Assembly (NCBI GenBank): GCA_963813815.1
Contig: CAWFAD010000012.1
Location: 96,001 to 160,000, forward strand
Direction: 5' to 3'
Length of the DNA stretch: 64,000 nucleotides
Source of the DNA: an uncultured bacterium
GTDB lineage: Bacteria; Krumholzibacteriota; Krumholzibacteriia; Krumholzibacteriales; Krumholzibacteriaceae
Made by a program: the position numbers and the translations under genes. This document shows positions 17,691-28,506 of the stretch, one piece after another (position 1 is the stretch's first letter; the number at the start of each line of letters is the position of its first letter). The notes beneath the pieces are model-generated. The model worked only from the letters and a program-made list of their open reading frames with translations, was not told the DNA's origin and made no database searches.

Positions 17691-19670
17691 CTAGGGAGCG
17701 ATGGTGAGAAGCACCTGATCCTTCTCGACCGAGGTGCCGGGGGCGACCTTGAGCGCCTTGACGGTGCCGTTCATGCCGGACGTGAGGTTGTTCTGCATCT
17801 TCATGGCCTCGAGGATGACGAGAACGTCCCCCTCCTTGACCTTGTCGCCGACCTTCACCTCGAACTGCACCACCATTCCCGGCATAGGGGCTATGACCGA
17901 ATATTCGCCGTTCGAGGACGCCGGGGCGTCGTTCTTCGCGCCCTTCGGCTTCGCCTCGTCCTTCTGCGGTTTCGGTTCCTCTTTCTTCTCGTTTTCCTTC
18001 TTCTCCGTCTCGGCCGGAGTCGACGGCTCCTTGCGAACGAGAGGCTGCGTCTCGCCGACCGCGACGACGCGCGGCTTGCCGCCTATCTCCTCGACGTCGA
18101 CGCTGTATCGCTCCCCGCTGACCGAGACGCTGAAGGTGCGGATGGCCGAGCCGCCCGATCCGCTCGCCGCCGGGGCCTTCTCGACAAGCTGGCCCTTGAG
18201 CGCCTTCTCGATCGTCTCGTTCTCGCGTTTGACGTCCTCGATCGTTTTCGCTTTCGTCTCCGGGGGCGCCTGCTCCTTGCCGTACTTCCAGCGCAGGAAA
18301 CGCAGCCCCGTCGTCGGATACATCGCGTAGACGAGGATGTCCCGCTCGTTTTTCGCGATATCTTTCGTCGCCTCGCGCGCCTTGTCCATCTCGGGCTCGA
18401 GGGTATCGGCCGCGCGGCACGTGATGGGCTTCTCGCCGCGCGGATAGCCATGGAGCACGATCCGCTGGATGCGCGGATCGATGGGGGCCGGCGGTTTGCC
18501 GTAGAGGCCGTAGACGTAGTCCTTCACCTGGCTCGAGATCATCTTGTACCGGCCGAAAAGGACGTTCTGGACGGCCTGCGTCCCGACGATCTGGCTCGTC
18601 GGGGTCACGAGCGGCGGGTACCCGAGCTCCTTGCGCGTGCGCGGCAGCTCCTCGTACACCTCGCCTATGCGGTCGAGGGCGTCCGCCTCCTTGAGCTGGC
18701 TCATGAGGTTCGTGAGCATGCCGCCGGGTATCTGGTGATCGAGCACCCCGGTATCGATGATCGACATCTTCGTCGAATCGAGGAACTGCCGGTACTTGGG
18801 AGCGATCGACTCGAGGTACTGCGCCACCTCGTAGAGCTTCTCGAGATCGAGCCCGGGGTCGCGCATCTTTCCCTTGAGAGCCGCGACGATCGGCTCCACG
18901 GCCGGCTCGCTCGTGCGGAGACCGAACGGCGACACGGCGCAATCGACAATGTCGACCCCCGCCTCGATCGCCTTGAGATAGGTCATCGACGCCATGCCGC
19001 TCGTGTAATGGCAGTGAAGCTGGAGCGGGATCTTCACGACCCGTTTGAGGGCCTGAATGAGCTCGTAGGCGTCATACGGGTTGAGAAGGCCGGCCATGTC
19101 CTTGATGCAGATCGAATCCGCCCCCATCTCCTTGAGTGCCTTGGCCTTCTCGACGTAATAGCGGAGATTGTATACCTTGCCGCCGATCTTCGACCCTGTG
19201 AGCGAGAAGGAGATGGTGCCCTGAATGTGCTTTTTCGCCTTCTTGATCGCCTTGAACGAGGCCACGAAGTTGCGCTCGTCGTTCAGCGCGTCGAACACGC
19301 GGAAGATGTCGACGCCGGCCTCGGCCGATTCGGCCACGAACGCATCGACCACGTCGTCGGCGTAGTTGCGGTAACCGACGAGATTCTGGCCTCGAAGCAG
19401 CATCTGAAGCGGCGTTTTCTTCACGCGCTTCTTGAGCTCGACGAGCCGGTCCCATGGATCCTCGTTGAGAAAGCGCGTCGCGACGTCGAACGTCGCCCCG
19501 CCCCATACCTCGAGGGCATGAAATCCGATCCGGTCCAGCCGCTCGGCGATGGGAAGCATGTCCTCCGTCCGCATCCTCGTCGCGAGCGTGGACTGGTGCC
19601 CGTCCCTGAGCGTGGTATCGGTGATCTTTACGGATGTGAAGGCCTTGAGAATTCTGGCCCGATTCGGCAT
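17691..19670 (-). CDS. pycB: Pyruvate carboxylase subunit B / oxaloacetate decarboxylase alpha-like carboxyltransferase with biotin domain
   Basis: DTTLRDGHQS, WGGATFD, IKDMAG, HQIPGGM, PPLVTPTSQIVG, EAMKM biotinylation motif. Confidence 0.88.
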   Translation of the reverse strand: MPNRARILKAFTSVKITDTTLRDGHQSTLATRMRTEDMLPIAERLDRIGFHALEVWGGATFDVATRFLNEDPWDRLVELKKRVKKTPLQMLLRGQNLVGYRNYADDVVDAFVAESAEAGVDIFRVFDALNDERNFVASFKAIKKAKKHIQGTISFSLTGSKIGGKVYNLRYYVEKAKALKEMGADSICIKDMAGLLNPYDAYELIQALKRVVKIPLQLHCHYTSGMASMTYLKAIEAGVDIVDCAVSPFGLRTSEPAVEPIVAALKGKMRDPGLDLEKLYEVAQYLESIAPKYRQFLDSTKMSIIDTGVLDHQIPGGMLTNLMSQLKEADALDRIGEVYEELPRTRKELGYPPLVTPTSQIVGTQAVQNVLFGRYKMISSQVKDYVYGLYGKPPAPIDPRIQRIVLHGYPRGEKPITCRAADTLEPEMDKAREATKDIAKNERDILVYAMYPTTGLRFLRWKYGKEQAPPETKAKTIEDVKRENETIEKALKGQLVEKAPAASGSGGSAIRTFSVSVSGERYSVDVEEIGGKPRVVAVGETQPLVRKEPSTPAETEKKENEKKEEPKPQKDEAKPKGAKNDAPASSNGEYSVIAPMPGMVVQFEVKVGDKVKEGDVLVILEAMKMQNNLTSGMNGTVKALKVAPGTSVEKDQVLLTIAP

Positions 19671-19709
19671 ACAGCAAACCCTTCAAAAAGGTTTCGGCGG
19701 AGCCCCTGA

Positions 19710-19910
19710 TTATATGATCGAGAATCTCCTCGGGCTCATCCGTGCCGGATTCGCCCGCACGGCCAGCGCCATCTTCGACATCGTTTCCCGGCGCCCGGCC
19801 ATTTTCCAGGGGCTCAGCTTCTGCCCGAACCTTCTCTCGTCGTTATTTTCCAGTTCTATGTATGCATCCACGGCCGCCGTGATGACGGCGAGCGTCCTCG
19901 TGTCGAGCAT
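19710..19910 (-). CDS. Small carboxylase accessory subunit (OadG C-terminal / acyl-CoA carboxylase epsilon-like)
   Basis: AVITAAVDAY...SPWKMAGR pattern; GAGG SD; directly upstream of the carboxyltransferase. Confidence 0.65.
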   Translation of the reverse strand: MLDTRTLAVITAAVDAYIELENNDERRFGQKLSPWKMAGRRETMSKMALAVRANPARMSPRRFSII

Positions 19911-19934
19911 CCTCGTTCCTCCCGGTTACGGGAA

Positions 19935-19964
19935 AAGATAACCCCGCCGTTTTGCGGGTGTCAA
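19935..19964 (-). promoter_or_regulatory. Sigma70 promoter of the carboxylase genes
   Basis: TTGACA-N18-TATCTT. Confidence 0.7.
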
Positions 19965-20055
19965 TCCAAAAAATGCCCGCCCGCCCGACGGCGCCAAACA
20001 CATAATAATTTATCAAATAATCAATTAGCTCGGTGCGAGCCCGGCAGGCTGGTTA

Positions 20056-20077
20056 AAAAGCCCGCCGCGGGGGCTTT
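20056..20077 (-). terminator. Terminator after tRNA-Phe
   Basis: AAAGCCC...GGGCTTT hairpin followed by a T-run on the minus strand. Confidence 0.6.
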
Positions 20078-20081
20078 GAAA

Positions 20082-20157
<76 letters not shown>

Positions 20158-20167
20158 ACGGGCGTTA

Positions 20168-20195
20168 ATCTTATTGGAAAAACACCAATTGTCAA
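20168..20195 (-). promoter_or_regulatory. Sigma70 promoter for tRNA-Phe
   Basis: TTGACA-N16-TAAGAT. Confidence 0.7.
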
Positions 20196-20199
20196 TGAA

Positions 20200-20919
20200 T
20201 TATTGCTTTGAAGGCCCTCGGCGGGGGCGTCTCGCGGCGTGCTCGGAGGCCTCGATATCGAGCATCCGCTTGCCGCCGACGTACTCCCGGGATGCCGGGC
20301 GCGTGATACCCGGCAGGCGCTCGGCGATGCGCTGAATGCGGGAAATTTCGCGCTCGATGCTGCGAAGCTTCCTCACGGCTCCCGCGTCCAGGCGGTCGCT
20401 CTCCATGAGAAGAAGCTGCGTGTTGCCGAGAATGGCGCAGAGCGGGTTATTGATGGCGTGGCTCAGCCCGACCGCTATCTCGGAGAGGGCGGCGAGACGC
20501 TCCGCCTCGAGGAGCTTGCCCTGAAACCGCTTCACGTCCCGGAGATCGGAGATGACGCAGAGAACCCCCGCGAGACCGCCGCGGCCCCTGCGGAGAGGAG
20601 AAACGACGAGTCGAACCGGGATATCGCCGCCCCTCTTCGAACGTATCTTCGTTATGAAGCCGTCCGCCTCGTACCGTCCCCGCTCCCGCAGGATGCGCGT
20701 GATGTAGCGCAGCTGGGAAACGCTCATGAGGGCGTTCGCCCGGCGCCGCTCCACTTCCGAACGGCCGTAGCCGGTGAGCTCCTCCGCCGCGCCGTTCATC
20801 ATGATGACGCGGAGCCCCGTGTCGAGCGACAGGAGGGCCGCGGGAAAGCTCTCGAACACCCCGGCGAGGTAGTCCCTCGTCTCGCGTCTGCCCGGCTTAT
20901 GCTTCGTTGCCGTCTCCAT
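20200..20919 (-). CDS. PAS + HisKA protein lacking a HATPase domain
   Basis: PAS (MNGAAEELTGY); H-box LSHAINNPLCAILG; the protein ends about 70 aa later with no N/G boxes. Confidence 0.8.
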   Translation of the reverse strand: METATKHKPGRRETRDYLAGVFESFPAALLSLDTGLRVIMMNGAAEELTGYGRSEVERRRANALMSVSQLRYITRILRERGRYEADGFITKIRSKRGGDIPVRLVVSPLRRGRGGLAGVLCVISDLRDVKRFQGKLLEAERLAALSEIAVGLSHAINNPLCAILGNTQLLLMESDRLDAGAVRKLRSIEREISRIQRIAERLPGITRPASREYVGGKRMLDIEASEHAARRPRRGPSKQ

Positions 20920-20967
20920 GCGGTACGACCCGTTCCGGCCGCCGCGGCCCGTCGCCGCGGCGCTCCC

Positions 20968-21378
20968 TCAGCGCGCCTCGGCGACGCCGCGGCGCTCCAT
21001 GTGGATGGCGATGCGCTCAATCAGACGCTTCATGTCGAAGGGCTTGTACATGAACTCGTCGGCCTTCGACCACGTCTTGAGAAAATCCTCGCGCTCGGGG
21101 CTCGCGACCTTGCGCGCGGTGAGGACGAGGATCGGGAATGGATCGACCTTCCCCTGCTCCATCTCCTCCTTGAGAATGCGCGAAACCTCGTAGCCGTTCT
21201 TGCCCGGAAGCATGATGTCGAGCAGCATGAGGTCGATCTGCTCTTTTCGGGCCTTCCGCAGCGCGTGCAGACCGTCGTGCGCGACGTCCACCGTGAATCC
21301 CTTGACCTCGAGGCTGTACTTCACGGTCTCGATGATGTCCACGTCGTCCTCGACGATGAGGACCCGGTACCCTTTCAT
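20968..21378 (-). CDS. Single-domain response regulator
   Basis: VLIVEDD, LLDIMLPGKNG, VLTA, YKPFD. Confidence 0.92.
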   Translation of the reverse strand: MKGYRVLIVEDDVDIIETVKYSLEVKGFTVDVAHDGLHALRKARKEQIDLMLLDIMLPGKNGYEVSRILKEEMEQGKVDPFPILVLTARKVASPEREDFLKTWSKADEFMYKPFDMKRLIERIAIHMERRGVAEAR

Positions 21379-23336
21379 TCGACTTCTCCTTTCAGTGCAA
21401 CGACCGTCGCTTCGGGCTCGAGCGCGGCGAGCGCCGCGGCGACGAGATCCCGCAGATCTATTCCATCCCTGCGGGCGACCGAGCGTCCGGCCCGGATGCC
21501 CGAGGGAAGCGCGAGCGTGCCGCGTTCCCGCGCGCTGACGCCGAGGGCGAGAGACTCGCCCAGCGGCCAGACGAGGAGCTCCTCATCGTGCGGCTCGCTG
21601 CGATGGGGATTGACCGCCGCCCCGCCCCTCGCGGGCGCCAGTGCCTTCTCCCAGGGCTCCTTCCCCGGCTTCTCGAAACAGTACACGACGGGCATGAGCC
21701 CGAGGCTCATCATCTCCTCGAAACGCATCTCGGCCGTCCGGTACTGCTGGATGACCCGGAACGTCGCTCCGTCGGCGGGCAGATACAGGTGCACGGCGCT
21801 GCCGCCGACGACTCCCTCCTCGATGACGAGCGACCCCCCCTGAAGCCGGATGAGCCGCTGCGCCACGCGGAGCCCGAGCCCCTGCGAGGCGCGAATGGGC
21901 CGGTACGCCGTCTGAGCGGACCGGTTCGCGCGGCGCGCCACCTCTTCCGGTATGCCTCCGCCCGTGTCGCGAACGCAGAGATCAGCGAACGTCAGCGTTC
22001 CCACGCGTCCGAGGAGCGGCCCGGGGAGAAAGAGAGCCGGACAACCGGCGCAGGGGATGACGGTGATCGAGACGGTCCCTCCCGAGGGGACGTGCTTGAT
22101 GCTGTTCGCGAGCAGGTTCTGGATGACCTGCTCGAGCCGGTCGCGATCGAAGGCGAGCCGGTCTGCGTCGCCGTCGACGAACACCATAAAATCGATCCCC
22201 TTCCTCTTCAGCGGCTCGACGAAGAGGGAGGACGCGTCCTCGATGAACGGCCGTATGTCGTGGAGCTCGATCCGCAGCGCCCGCTCGTCGATGCGCGCGC
22301 CGGAGGAATCGATGAGGCCGTCGACGAGCATGCCGAGCCGCTCGACCGTCCGGAGCGAGTTGGCGAGAAAACGCCCCGCGACCGGCTCGCCGCCGCCGCG
22401 GCCCGGGTCTTCCTCCGACTCGGCCACGATCGTGAGCGAGTTCTTGAGCGCCGTGAGCGGCGTGCGCAGCTCGTGCGCGACCATGGCGATCATTTCCTCG
22501 CGCATTTCGGCCTGCTCGCGCGCGGGGGTCGCGTCCCGGACGAGCATGAGCGCGCCGACGCCCTCGGCCAGCCCTTCGACGCGGGCGCAGGAAACGGACA
22601 GATAGCGTTCGGGCGCGATCGATCCCTTGAGCTCGCGATCGACGACCTCGCGCTGGAGTATGTTGAACTCATCCCAGATGCCCTGAAGGCTGAAGAGCGA
22701 CCGGGAGCCGATTCCTCCGACGGTGTCGGGCATCTCGTCACGGATTCCCAGGATCTCCGCGAAGGCCCGGTTCGATCCGACGATGGCCCCCTCCGGCGAC
22801 ACGAGAGCGGCTCCGAGGGGAATGGCGGCGAGAAAACGCTCCAGTATGTCCCGCTCCCCCCCCACGCGATAAACGAGCGGCGAGCGCTCCCCTTCCTCCT
22901 CGGCGAGCCCGCGAAGCGAGGCGATGTCGTCCCTTCCGAACGCCTCCTTGCGAACGCTCCCGAGGTAGAGCACGCCTCGCACCTTCGAGCCGAAAGCGAG
23001 CGGCACGAGGAAATAGCTCTCGATCCTCGGATTGCCGAGAAGATAGAGGACGGCCGGCTCGCTTCGCCGGTACATGATCCACTCGAGATGCTCGCGCTCC
23101 GGTTCGAGGCCGTTCGTGAACATGCGGTAGCTCGAGCGGACCTTCTCTCGAATCTCCTGGACCCGCGAGGCGAGCTCGCGGTTCTCGCACAGTATGTAGA
23201 CGAGCTCGCGCTCCCGCGCCGTGCAGAAGGCGCAGTACTCCGCCTGCATGCGCTCCATGATCTCGAGGAGAACCGCGCGCATTCCCTCGTCGTTTCCGAC
23301 CGCCTTGAGGAGCCGTATTTTGAGCGTCTCGTCCAT
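21375..23336 (-). CDS. Cytoplasmic GAF/PAS sensor histidine kinase
   Basis: AHELRTPL, NLLANSIKH, DTGGGIP, GLGL; GAF-like VPLAFGSKVRGVLYLG; no TM segment. Confidence 0.85.
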   Translation of the reverse strand: MDETLKIRLLKAVGNDEGMRAVLLEIMERMQAEYCAFCTARERELVYILCENRELASRVQEIREKVRSSYRMFTNGLEPEREHLEWIMYRRSEPAVLYLLGNPRIESYFLVPLAFGSKVRGVLYLGSVRKEAFGRDDIASLRGLAEEEGERSPLVYRVGGERDILERFLAAIPLGAALVSPEGAIVGSNRAFAEILGIRDEMPDTVGGIGSRSLFSLQGIWDEFNILQREVVDRELKGSIAPERYLSVSCARVEGLAEGVGALMLVRDATPAREQAEMREEMIAMVAHELRTPLTALKNSLTIVAESEEDPGRGGGEPVAGRFLANSLRTVERLGMLVDGLIDSSGARIDERALRIELHDIRPFIEDASSLFVEPLKRKGIDFMVFVDGDADRLAFDRDRLEQVIQNLLANSIKHVPSGGTVSITVIPCAGCPALFLPGPLLGRVGTLTFADLCVRDTGGGIPEEVARRANRSAQTAYRPIRASQGLGLRVAQRLIRLQGGSLVIEEGVVGGSAVHLYLPADGATFRVIQQYRTAEMRFEEMMSLGLMPVVYCFEKPGKEPWEKALAPARGGAAVNPHRSEPHDEELLVWPLGESLALGVSARERGTLALPSGIRAGRSVARRDGIDLRDLVAAALAALEPEATVVALKGEVE

Positions 23337-23645
23337 AATTCGATGATGGCCGCGTGGGGCGCTCCCGCGCCCTCGGCCCCTCTTTTCCCATTCACAGTGG
23401 CCCGGGGAGGTCCCCCGGCGAACATCTTACGCGATGCCAAAACGCAACTTACATGCCACGGACCTTGCCGCCGCGCACCCCGGCGCTTCTCCCGCGAACC
23501 GCCGGGATGCAACCTTTTAATCGATTGATATTATTGCGGATAAATAGAAAGCGAAGCCGCGGGGGACGGCATTGCGCCTTCACGGGTGCGCCCGGTCTGG
23601 GTCACAGCCGCTTCGGAACGCTGGCAAGAAAGTTTCCAGGAGAAA

Positions 23646-24620
23646 TCAGGACTCGTAGCCGTCGGGAAAGCGTTCCTTCCACGCGAACGCGTCCCGGATG
23701 ATCTCCTCGATCCCGGGATGGAAGCGCTTCCAGCCGAGCAGGCGCTCGGCCTTCTCGGAAGAGGCGACGAGCGCGGCCGGATCGCCGGGCCGGCGCTCGC
23801 CGACCCGGTACGGCACCTTGAGCTTCGTCACGCGCTCGGCGGCGCGCACGACCTCGAGCACGCTGAATCCCCTGCCGTTCCCGAGGTTGAGAACGCCGGC
23901 GTGTCCGGCGACGAGCTTTTCGAGACCGAGAAGGTGCGCCGTCGCGAGATCCTTTACGTGGATATAATCCCTGACGCAGGTTCCGTCGCACGTCGGGTAA
24001 TCGCCGCCGTAGACGACGAGCGCGTCGCGCCTGCCGAGAGCGACGTCGAGCACGAGCGGGATGAGGTGCGTCTCGGGGCGGTGATCCTCGCCGTGGCTCC
24101 GCCCGGCTCCCGCGGCGTTGAAGTAGCGGAGCGAAAGAGATCGGAGCCCCCACGCCACCCCGCAGTCGGCGAGCATCCGCTCGATGCCGAGCTTCGTGTT
24201 GCCGTAGGCGTTCAGCGGACGAAGCGAAGCCTCCTCGGGGATGGGAACCGCGTCCGGCTCGCCGTACACGGCCGCGGAGGACGAGAACAGAAAGTATTTC
24301 ACGCTGCGCGCCCGCATGGCGTCGAGAAGCGAAATCGCGCCGGAAATGTTGTTGCGGTAGTACTTGATCGGATCGGCGACCGATTCGGCCACCTGCGAGA
24401 AGGCCGCGAAGTGGCACACCGCGTCGACGCCGTCGAGAGCCGAGGCGAGAAACCCGCCGTCGAGGAGATCCCCCTCGCGGAAGGAAACGCGCTCGTCCAC
24501 GGCGCCCCGGTGCCCCGTCGAAAGGTTGTCGACGACGATCACCTCGTGCTTCGCCTCGAGCAGATGCTCGGTGACGACGCTCCCGATATAACCCGCTCCG
24601 CCGGTCACGAGGATTCGCAT
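23646..24620 (-). CDS. galE: UDP-glucose 4-epimerase
   Basis: [47 protein letters not shown]. Confidence 0.95.
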   Translation of the reverse strand: MRILVTGGAGYIGSVVTEHLLEAKHEVIVVDNLSTGHRGAVDERVSFREGDLLDGGFLASALDGVDAVCHFAAFSQVAESVADPIKYYRNNISGAISLLDAMRARSVKYFLFSSSAAVYGEPDAVPIPEEASLRPLNAYGNTKLGIERMLADCGVAWGLRSLSLRYFNAAGAGRSHGEDHRPETHLIPLVLDVALGRRDALVVYGGDYPTCDGTCVRDYIHVKDLATAHLLGLEKLVAGHAGVLNLGNGRGFSVLEVVRAAERVTKLKVPYRVGERRPGDPAALVASSEKAERLLGWKRFHPGIEEIIRDAFAWKERFPDGYES

Positions 24621-27394
24621 CTCGGGGAACCTCCGTACCTCTCCAGATACGCGGCCAAGTGCTTGCCCGTCAGGGACTGATTCGATTGTACGATGCTCTC
24701 GGGCGGGCCACAAGCGATAACCGCGCCTCCCTCATCGCCGCCGCCGGGCCCGAGGTCGATGACCTGATCCGCCCACCGGATCACTTCCATGTTGTGTTCG
24801 ATGAGGACGATCGTATGCCCCGCGGCGGCGAGATCGTCGAGGACGCCGAGGAGCCTCTCGACGTCGCTCATATGAAGCCCCGTCGTTGGCTCGTCCATGA
24901 TGTAGAGGTTGCGTTCGCCGGGGGCGTCGGCGAGCTCGCGGGCGATCTTGATCCGCTGCGCCTCTCCTCCGGAGAGGGTGTTCGAAGGCTGGCCGAGGGT
25001 GAGGTATCCGAGCCCCACCTTCGAGAGGATCCAGAGACGCTCCCCGAGCTGCGGCGACGCGTCGAAAAAGAGAAGCGCGTCGTCGACCGTCATGTCGAGC
25101 GTCTCCGCGATCGTTTTTCCCTTGTGGCGGACGTCGAGGGTCTCGGCGTTGAAGCGGCGACCCTCGCACTCCTCGCACGGCACGAACACGTCCGCCATGA
25201 AATGCATCTCCACCCTGCGGAATCCGACCCCTTGGCAGCGCGGACAGCGTCCGCCGGCCCTGTTGAAGCTGAACCTGCCCGGGTCGTATCCGCGCCTGCG
25301 GGCGAGCGGCTCGGCGGCGAATATCTCGCGAATGAAGCTGAACGCCTTGATATAGGTTATGGGATTGGAGCGGGGAGAGACGCCGATCGGACTCTGATCG
25401 ACGAGCATCACCCGGTCGAGCCGCCCCGTGACCTTCCAGCCCCGGAGCCGCAGATGAGCCGCCGACAGCGGGTCCTTCGATACGACGCGGTGCAGCACGT
25501 CGACGACGAGCGTGCTCTTGCCGGAACCGGAGACGCCGGTGACGCACGTGACGGCGCCGAGCGGAAACCGCGCGTCGATGTGCTTCAGGTTGTGCTCGGC
25601 GACTCCCGAGAGCTCGATCGCGCCGTGGGAGACACGCTTCTTTCTCGGGCGCCGCTCGATCGCGCTTCCCCCGGAGAGCCACGCGATCGTTTTCGATAGG
25701 GGCGCCGGGGCGCTCCGCGCCCGCTCGAGCGTCCCGTTGTAGAGCACTTCGCCGCCGCGGCTTCCCGGCCCCGGCCCGAGATCGACGAGCCAGTCGCACG
25801 AGGCGATGATATCGGGATCGTGCTCCACGACGATGACCGTGTTGCCGAGGTCCCGCAGGCGTCTCAACACCGAAACGAGCCTTTCGTTGTCGGCGGCGTG
25901 GAGGCCGATCGACGGCTCGTCGAGGATATAGAGGGTGTCGACGAGATTCGCGCCGAGCGAGTTGGCGAGATTGATCCGCTGAGCCTCGCCTCCGGAGAGC
26001 GTCCGCGTGAGGCGGTCGAGCGTGAGGTATCCGAGACCCACCTCGACGAGGAAGCGCAGCCGCGCCGTGAGCTCGGCGAGAACGTCGCGCGCGACGACGG
26101 CCTCTTCTTCCGTGAACCGGACGCTCGCGAGCTCGTCGAGAATCCGCGCGGGAATCATGCGGCAGAGATCCCGGATCGTGCTCTCTCCGATACGAATGTC
26201 GTACGCCTCGCTCCTGAGCCTTCCTCCTTGGCAGGACCGGCACGTGGTGAAGGCCATGTACTTCCGCGTGAAGAAGCGATGCCCCTTCTTGTAGCTCTTT
26301 TCCCTCAGCTTCTCGAGGAAACGTATGACGCCGAGGTAGCGCCCCTCTCCCTCGAGGATGACGGCGCGGGAGCGCTCCGGCAGGTCGGCCCAGGGAACGT
26401 CCACCGGGATGCCCTTTTTGCGGCAAAAATCGAGCATCTTGTGGTGAAAGTACATGAACCGCTCCCGCGACCACGGATCGACGGCCCGCTCTTCGAGGGT
26501 GCGGCGCTTGTCGGGGACGATGAGGTCCTCGGAAAACTCCATGCGATCGCCGAAGCCGTGGCAATCGGGACAGGCTCCGGAGGGGCTGTTGAAGGAAAAG
26601 AGCAGCGGCGTCGGCGCCTCGAACGCGGCCCCGCATTTCGAGCAAACGGGGGTCTGCGTGAAGCGGCGCCGGTCGGCTCCGTCCGCGTCCGTCGTCTCGA
26701 CAACGCCCGATTCGCGATAGGCGAGCTCGACGACCTCGGCGAACCGGGAGCGGTTCGTCTCCGCCGCCTCGAGCCGGTCGAGCAGAACCGCGAGCTCCGG
26801 TCTCTCCCTGCCCGCCACGGAGAACTCGTCGACGCGAACGACCTCGCCCCCCGCCACAAGTCTCGTGAATCCTCGCGACGCGTAGTAGCTCCGCCGGGTC
26901 TTCCACTCGGCCGCGCTCACGGCTCCGAGCGGCACCGTGCAATGGACGCGACGGCCGCCGTACATCCGGATGATCTCGACGGCCGCTTCGCTCGGCGTGT
27001 ACGCGCGCGCCGCGATCCCGCACCGCGGGCAGACGATTCTGCCGATCCGCGCGAAGAGGAGCCGCAGATAATCGTGAATCTCCGTCGCCGTCCCCACGGT
27101 CGAGCGCGCGCTCGTCACCGTGTTCTTCTGCCGGATCGCGATCGTGGGGCTGATATTGGCGATGTCGTCGACGTCGGGCCGCTCGAGCTTCTCGATGAAC
27201 TGCCGCGCGTAGGTCGAGAGCGATTCGATGTAGCGGCGCTGTCCCTCCGCGTAGATCGTATCGAAGGCCAGCGACGATTTTCCGGAGCCCGAGACCCCGG
27301 TCACCACGATGAGGCGCCGCCTCGGCACCTCGAGATCGATGTTCTTGAGATTGTGCTGCCGCGCGCCGCGTATGATGATGCCGTCCATGCCCAT
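24605..27394 (-). CDS. uvrA: Excinuclease ABC subunit A (possibly a UvrA paralog)
   Basis: GARQHNLKN, two GVSGSGKS Walker A motifs, two LSGGEAQR signatures, zinc fingers. Confidence 0.93.
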   Translation of the reverse strand: MGMDGIIIRGARQHNLKNIDLEVPRRRLIVVTGVSGSGKSSLAFDTIYAEGQRRYIESLSTYARQFIEKLERPDVDDIANISPTIAIRQKNTVTSARSTVGTATEIHDYLRLLFARIGRIVCPRCGIAARAYTPSEAAVEIIRMYGGRRVHCTVPLGAVSAAEWKTRRSYYASRGFTRLVAGGEVVRVDEFSVAGRERPELAVLLDRLEAAETNRSRFAEVVELAYRESGVVETTDADGADRRRFTQTPVCSKCGAAFEAPTPLLFSFNSPSGACPDCHGFGDRMEFSEDLIVPDKRRTLEERAVDPWSRERFMYFHHKMLDFCRKKGIPVDVPWADLPERSRAVILEGEGRYLGVIRFLEKLREKSYKKGHRFFTRKYMAFTTCRSCQGGRLRSEAYDIRIGESTIRDLCRMIPARILDELASVRFTEEEAVVARDVLAELTARLRFLVEVGLGYLTLDRLTRTLSGGEAQRINLANSLGANLVDTLYILDEPSIGLHAADNERLVSVLRRLRDLGNTVIVVEHDPDIIASCDWLVDLGPGPGSRGGEVLYNGTLERARSAPAPLSKTIAWLSGGSAIERRPRKKRVSHGAIELSGVAEHNLKHIDARFPLGAVTCVTGVSGSGKSTLVVDVLHRVVSKDPLSAAHLRLRGWKVTGRLDRVMLVDQSPIGVSPRSNPITYIKAFSFIREIFAAEPLARRRGYDPGRFSFNRAGGRCPRCQGVGFRRVEMHFMADVFVPCEECEGRRFNAETLDVRHKGKTIAETLDMTVDDALLFFDASPQLGERLWILSKVGLGYLTLGQPSNTLSGGEAQRIKIARELADAPGERNLYIMDEPTTGLHMSDVERLLGVLDDLAAAGHTIVLIEHNMEVIRWADQVIDLGPGGGDEGGAVIACGPPESIVQSNQSLTGKHLAAYLERYGGSPRCESS

Positions 27395-27546
27395 CACTCT
27401 GCTCCCCCGCAAACGGTCAAACGCCCAGTGTATCATCTCTCCGCGGCCGTGGCAACGGGCGATTCGGGGCCCGGGCCCGATGGCCCTTGTAATCCGCGCG
27501 TCATTTCCGTACGATGGTCGCCGGCGTTCCACCGGCAAGGACGGGT

Positions 27547-28416
27547 ATGAATCGCGGCGCGGACGGCACCCTCGGCAGAGAAATCGCCTCCCTCAGGCGC
27601 ACCCTCCGCGCGCTCCGCGGAGAGAACGGCTGCCCCTGGGATCGCGAGCAGAGCCTCGACGACGTCATCTCCTATCTCATCGAGGAGGCGTACGAGCTTC
27701 TCCGCGCCGAAAAGAGGGGGATCTGGCGCGACGTCGAGGAGGAGCTCGGAGACGTGCTCTTTCTCGTCGTCTTCGTTCACGAGCTGCTCCTCGAGAAACG
27801 GAAGACCGGCCTCGCCTCGATCGTCGCCGGCGTTCACCGGAAGATCGTTCGGCGCCATCCCCACGTTTTCGGTCCGACGAAGGCCCGAACCTGCGCGGAG
27901 AGCCTCGCCGAGTGGGAACGGATAAAGCGCGCCGAACGCAAGGGCCGCCCCCCGGCCACCCTTCTCGAATCGGTCCCGGAAAGCCTTCCCCCCCTCCGCC
28001 GGGCGGCGGCGATCCAGAAGAAGGCCGCCGGAGCCGGCTTCGACTGGCTCGGCAGCGCGGGAATCCTCGACAAGCTCGAGGAGGAGATCGGAGAGCTCCG
28101 GCGGGAGCTCCGCCGCGGCAAACGGGAAGCGACCAAGGACGAAATAGGCGACCTCTTCTTCACCGTCGTGAATCTCGCCCGCTGGCTGCGGATCGACTCC
28201 GAGAGCGCACTCGAGCGAACGACGGCGAAATTCATCCGGCGTTTCAACGATATGGAGCGGCGGGCCCGCCGCGCGGGAGTCGAGCTCCCGGCTCTGTCCC
28301 TCGACGAGATGGAGGCTCTCTGGCAGGCGAGCAAGAAGCGCGGCGGGGCCGCCGCGTCGCGGGAAAGGCGTCCGCGCCCCCGGCGCGAAAAAAGCGAAAC
28401 GAGCCGCGAGCGCTGA
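27547..28416 (+). CDS. mazG: Nucleoside triphosphate pyrophosphohydrolase
   Basis: [40 protein letters not shown]. Confidence 0.93.
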   Translation: MNRGADGTLGREIASLRRTLRALRGENGCPWDREQSLDDVISYLIEEAYELLRAEKRGIWRDVEEELGDVLFLVVFVHELLLEKRKTGLASIVAGVHRKIVRRHPHVFGPTKARTCAESLAEWERIKRAERKGRPPATLLESVPESLPPLRRAAAIQKKAAGAGFDWLGSAGILDKLEEEIGELRRELRRGKREATKDEIGDLFFTVVNLARWLRIDSESALERTTAKFIRRFNDMERRARRAGVELPALSLDEMEALWQASKKRGGAAASRERRPRPRREKSETSRER

Positions 28417-28446
28417 GGCTCCGGCGGCGGAGACGGCACATCATGA

Positions 28447-28474
28447 ACGAGGGGGCGATCGCTCGCCCCCTCGT
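28447..28474. terminator. Hairpin between convergent mazG and ompA-like genes
   Basis: Perfect 12-bp inverted repeat ACGAGGGGGCGA-tcgc-TCGCCCCCTCGT. Confidence 0.65.
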
Positions 28475-28506
28475 CGCGTTTTCTCCGTATTGGTCCGGGC
28501 GTCCCG

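Noticed and set aside
17620..18942. N-terminal ~440 aa of the 1066-aa ORF
   Set aside because: It overlaps pycB in another frame, is Arg/Gly-rich, and crosses the AT-rich intergenic region.
19990..20030. AT-rich patches here and at ~23515-23550 as dif/Xer or origin sites
   Set aside because: I could not match them convincingly to the dif consensus or to DnaA boxes by eye; they are treated as ordinary intergenic DNA.
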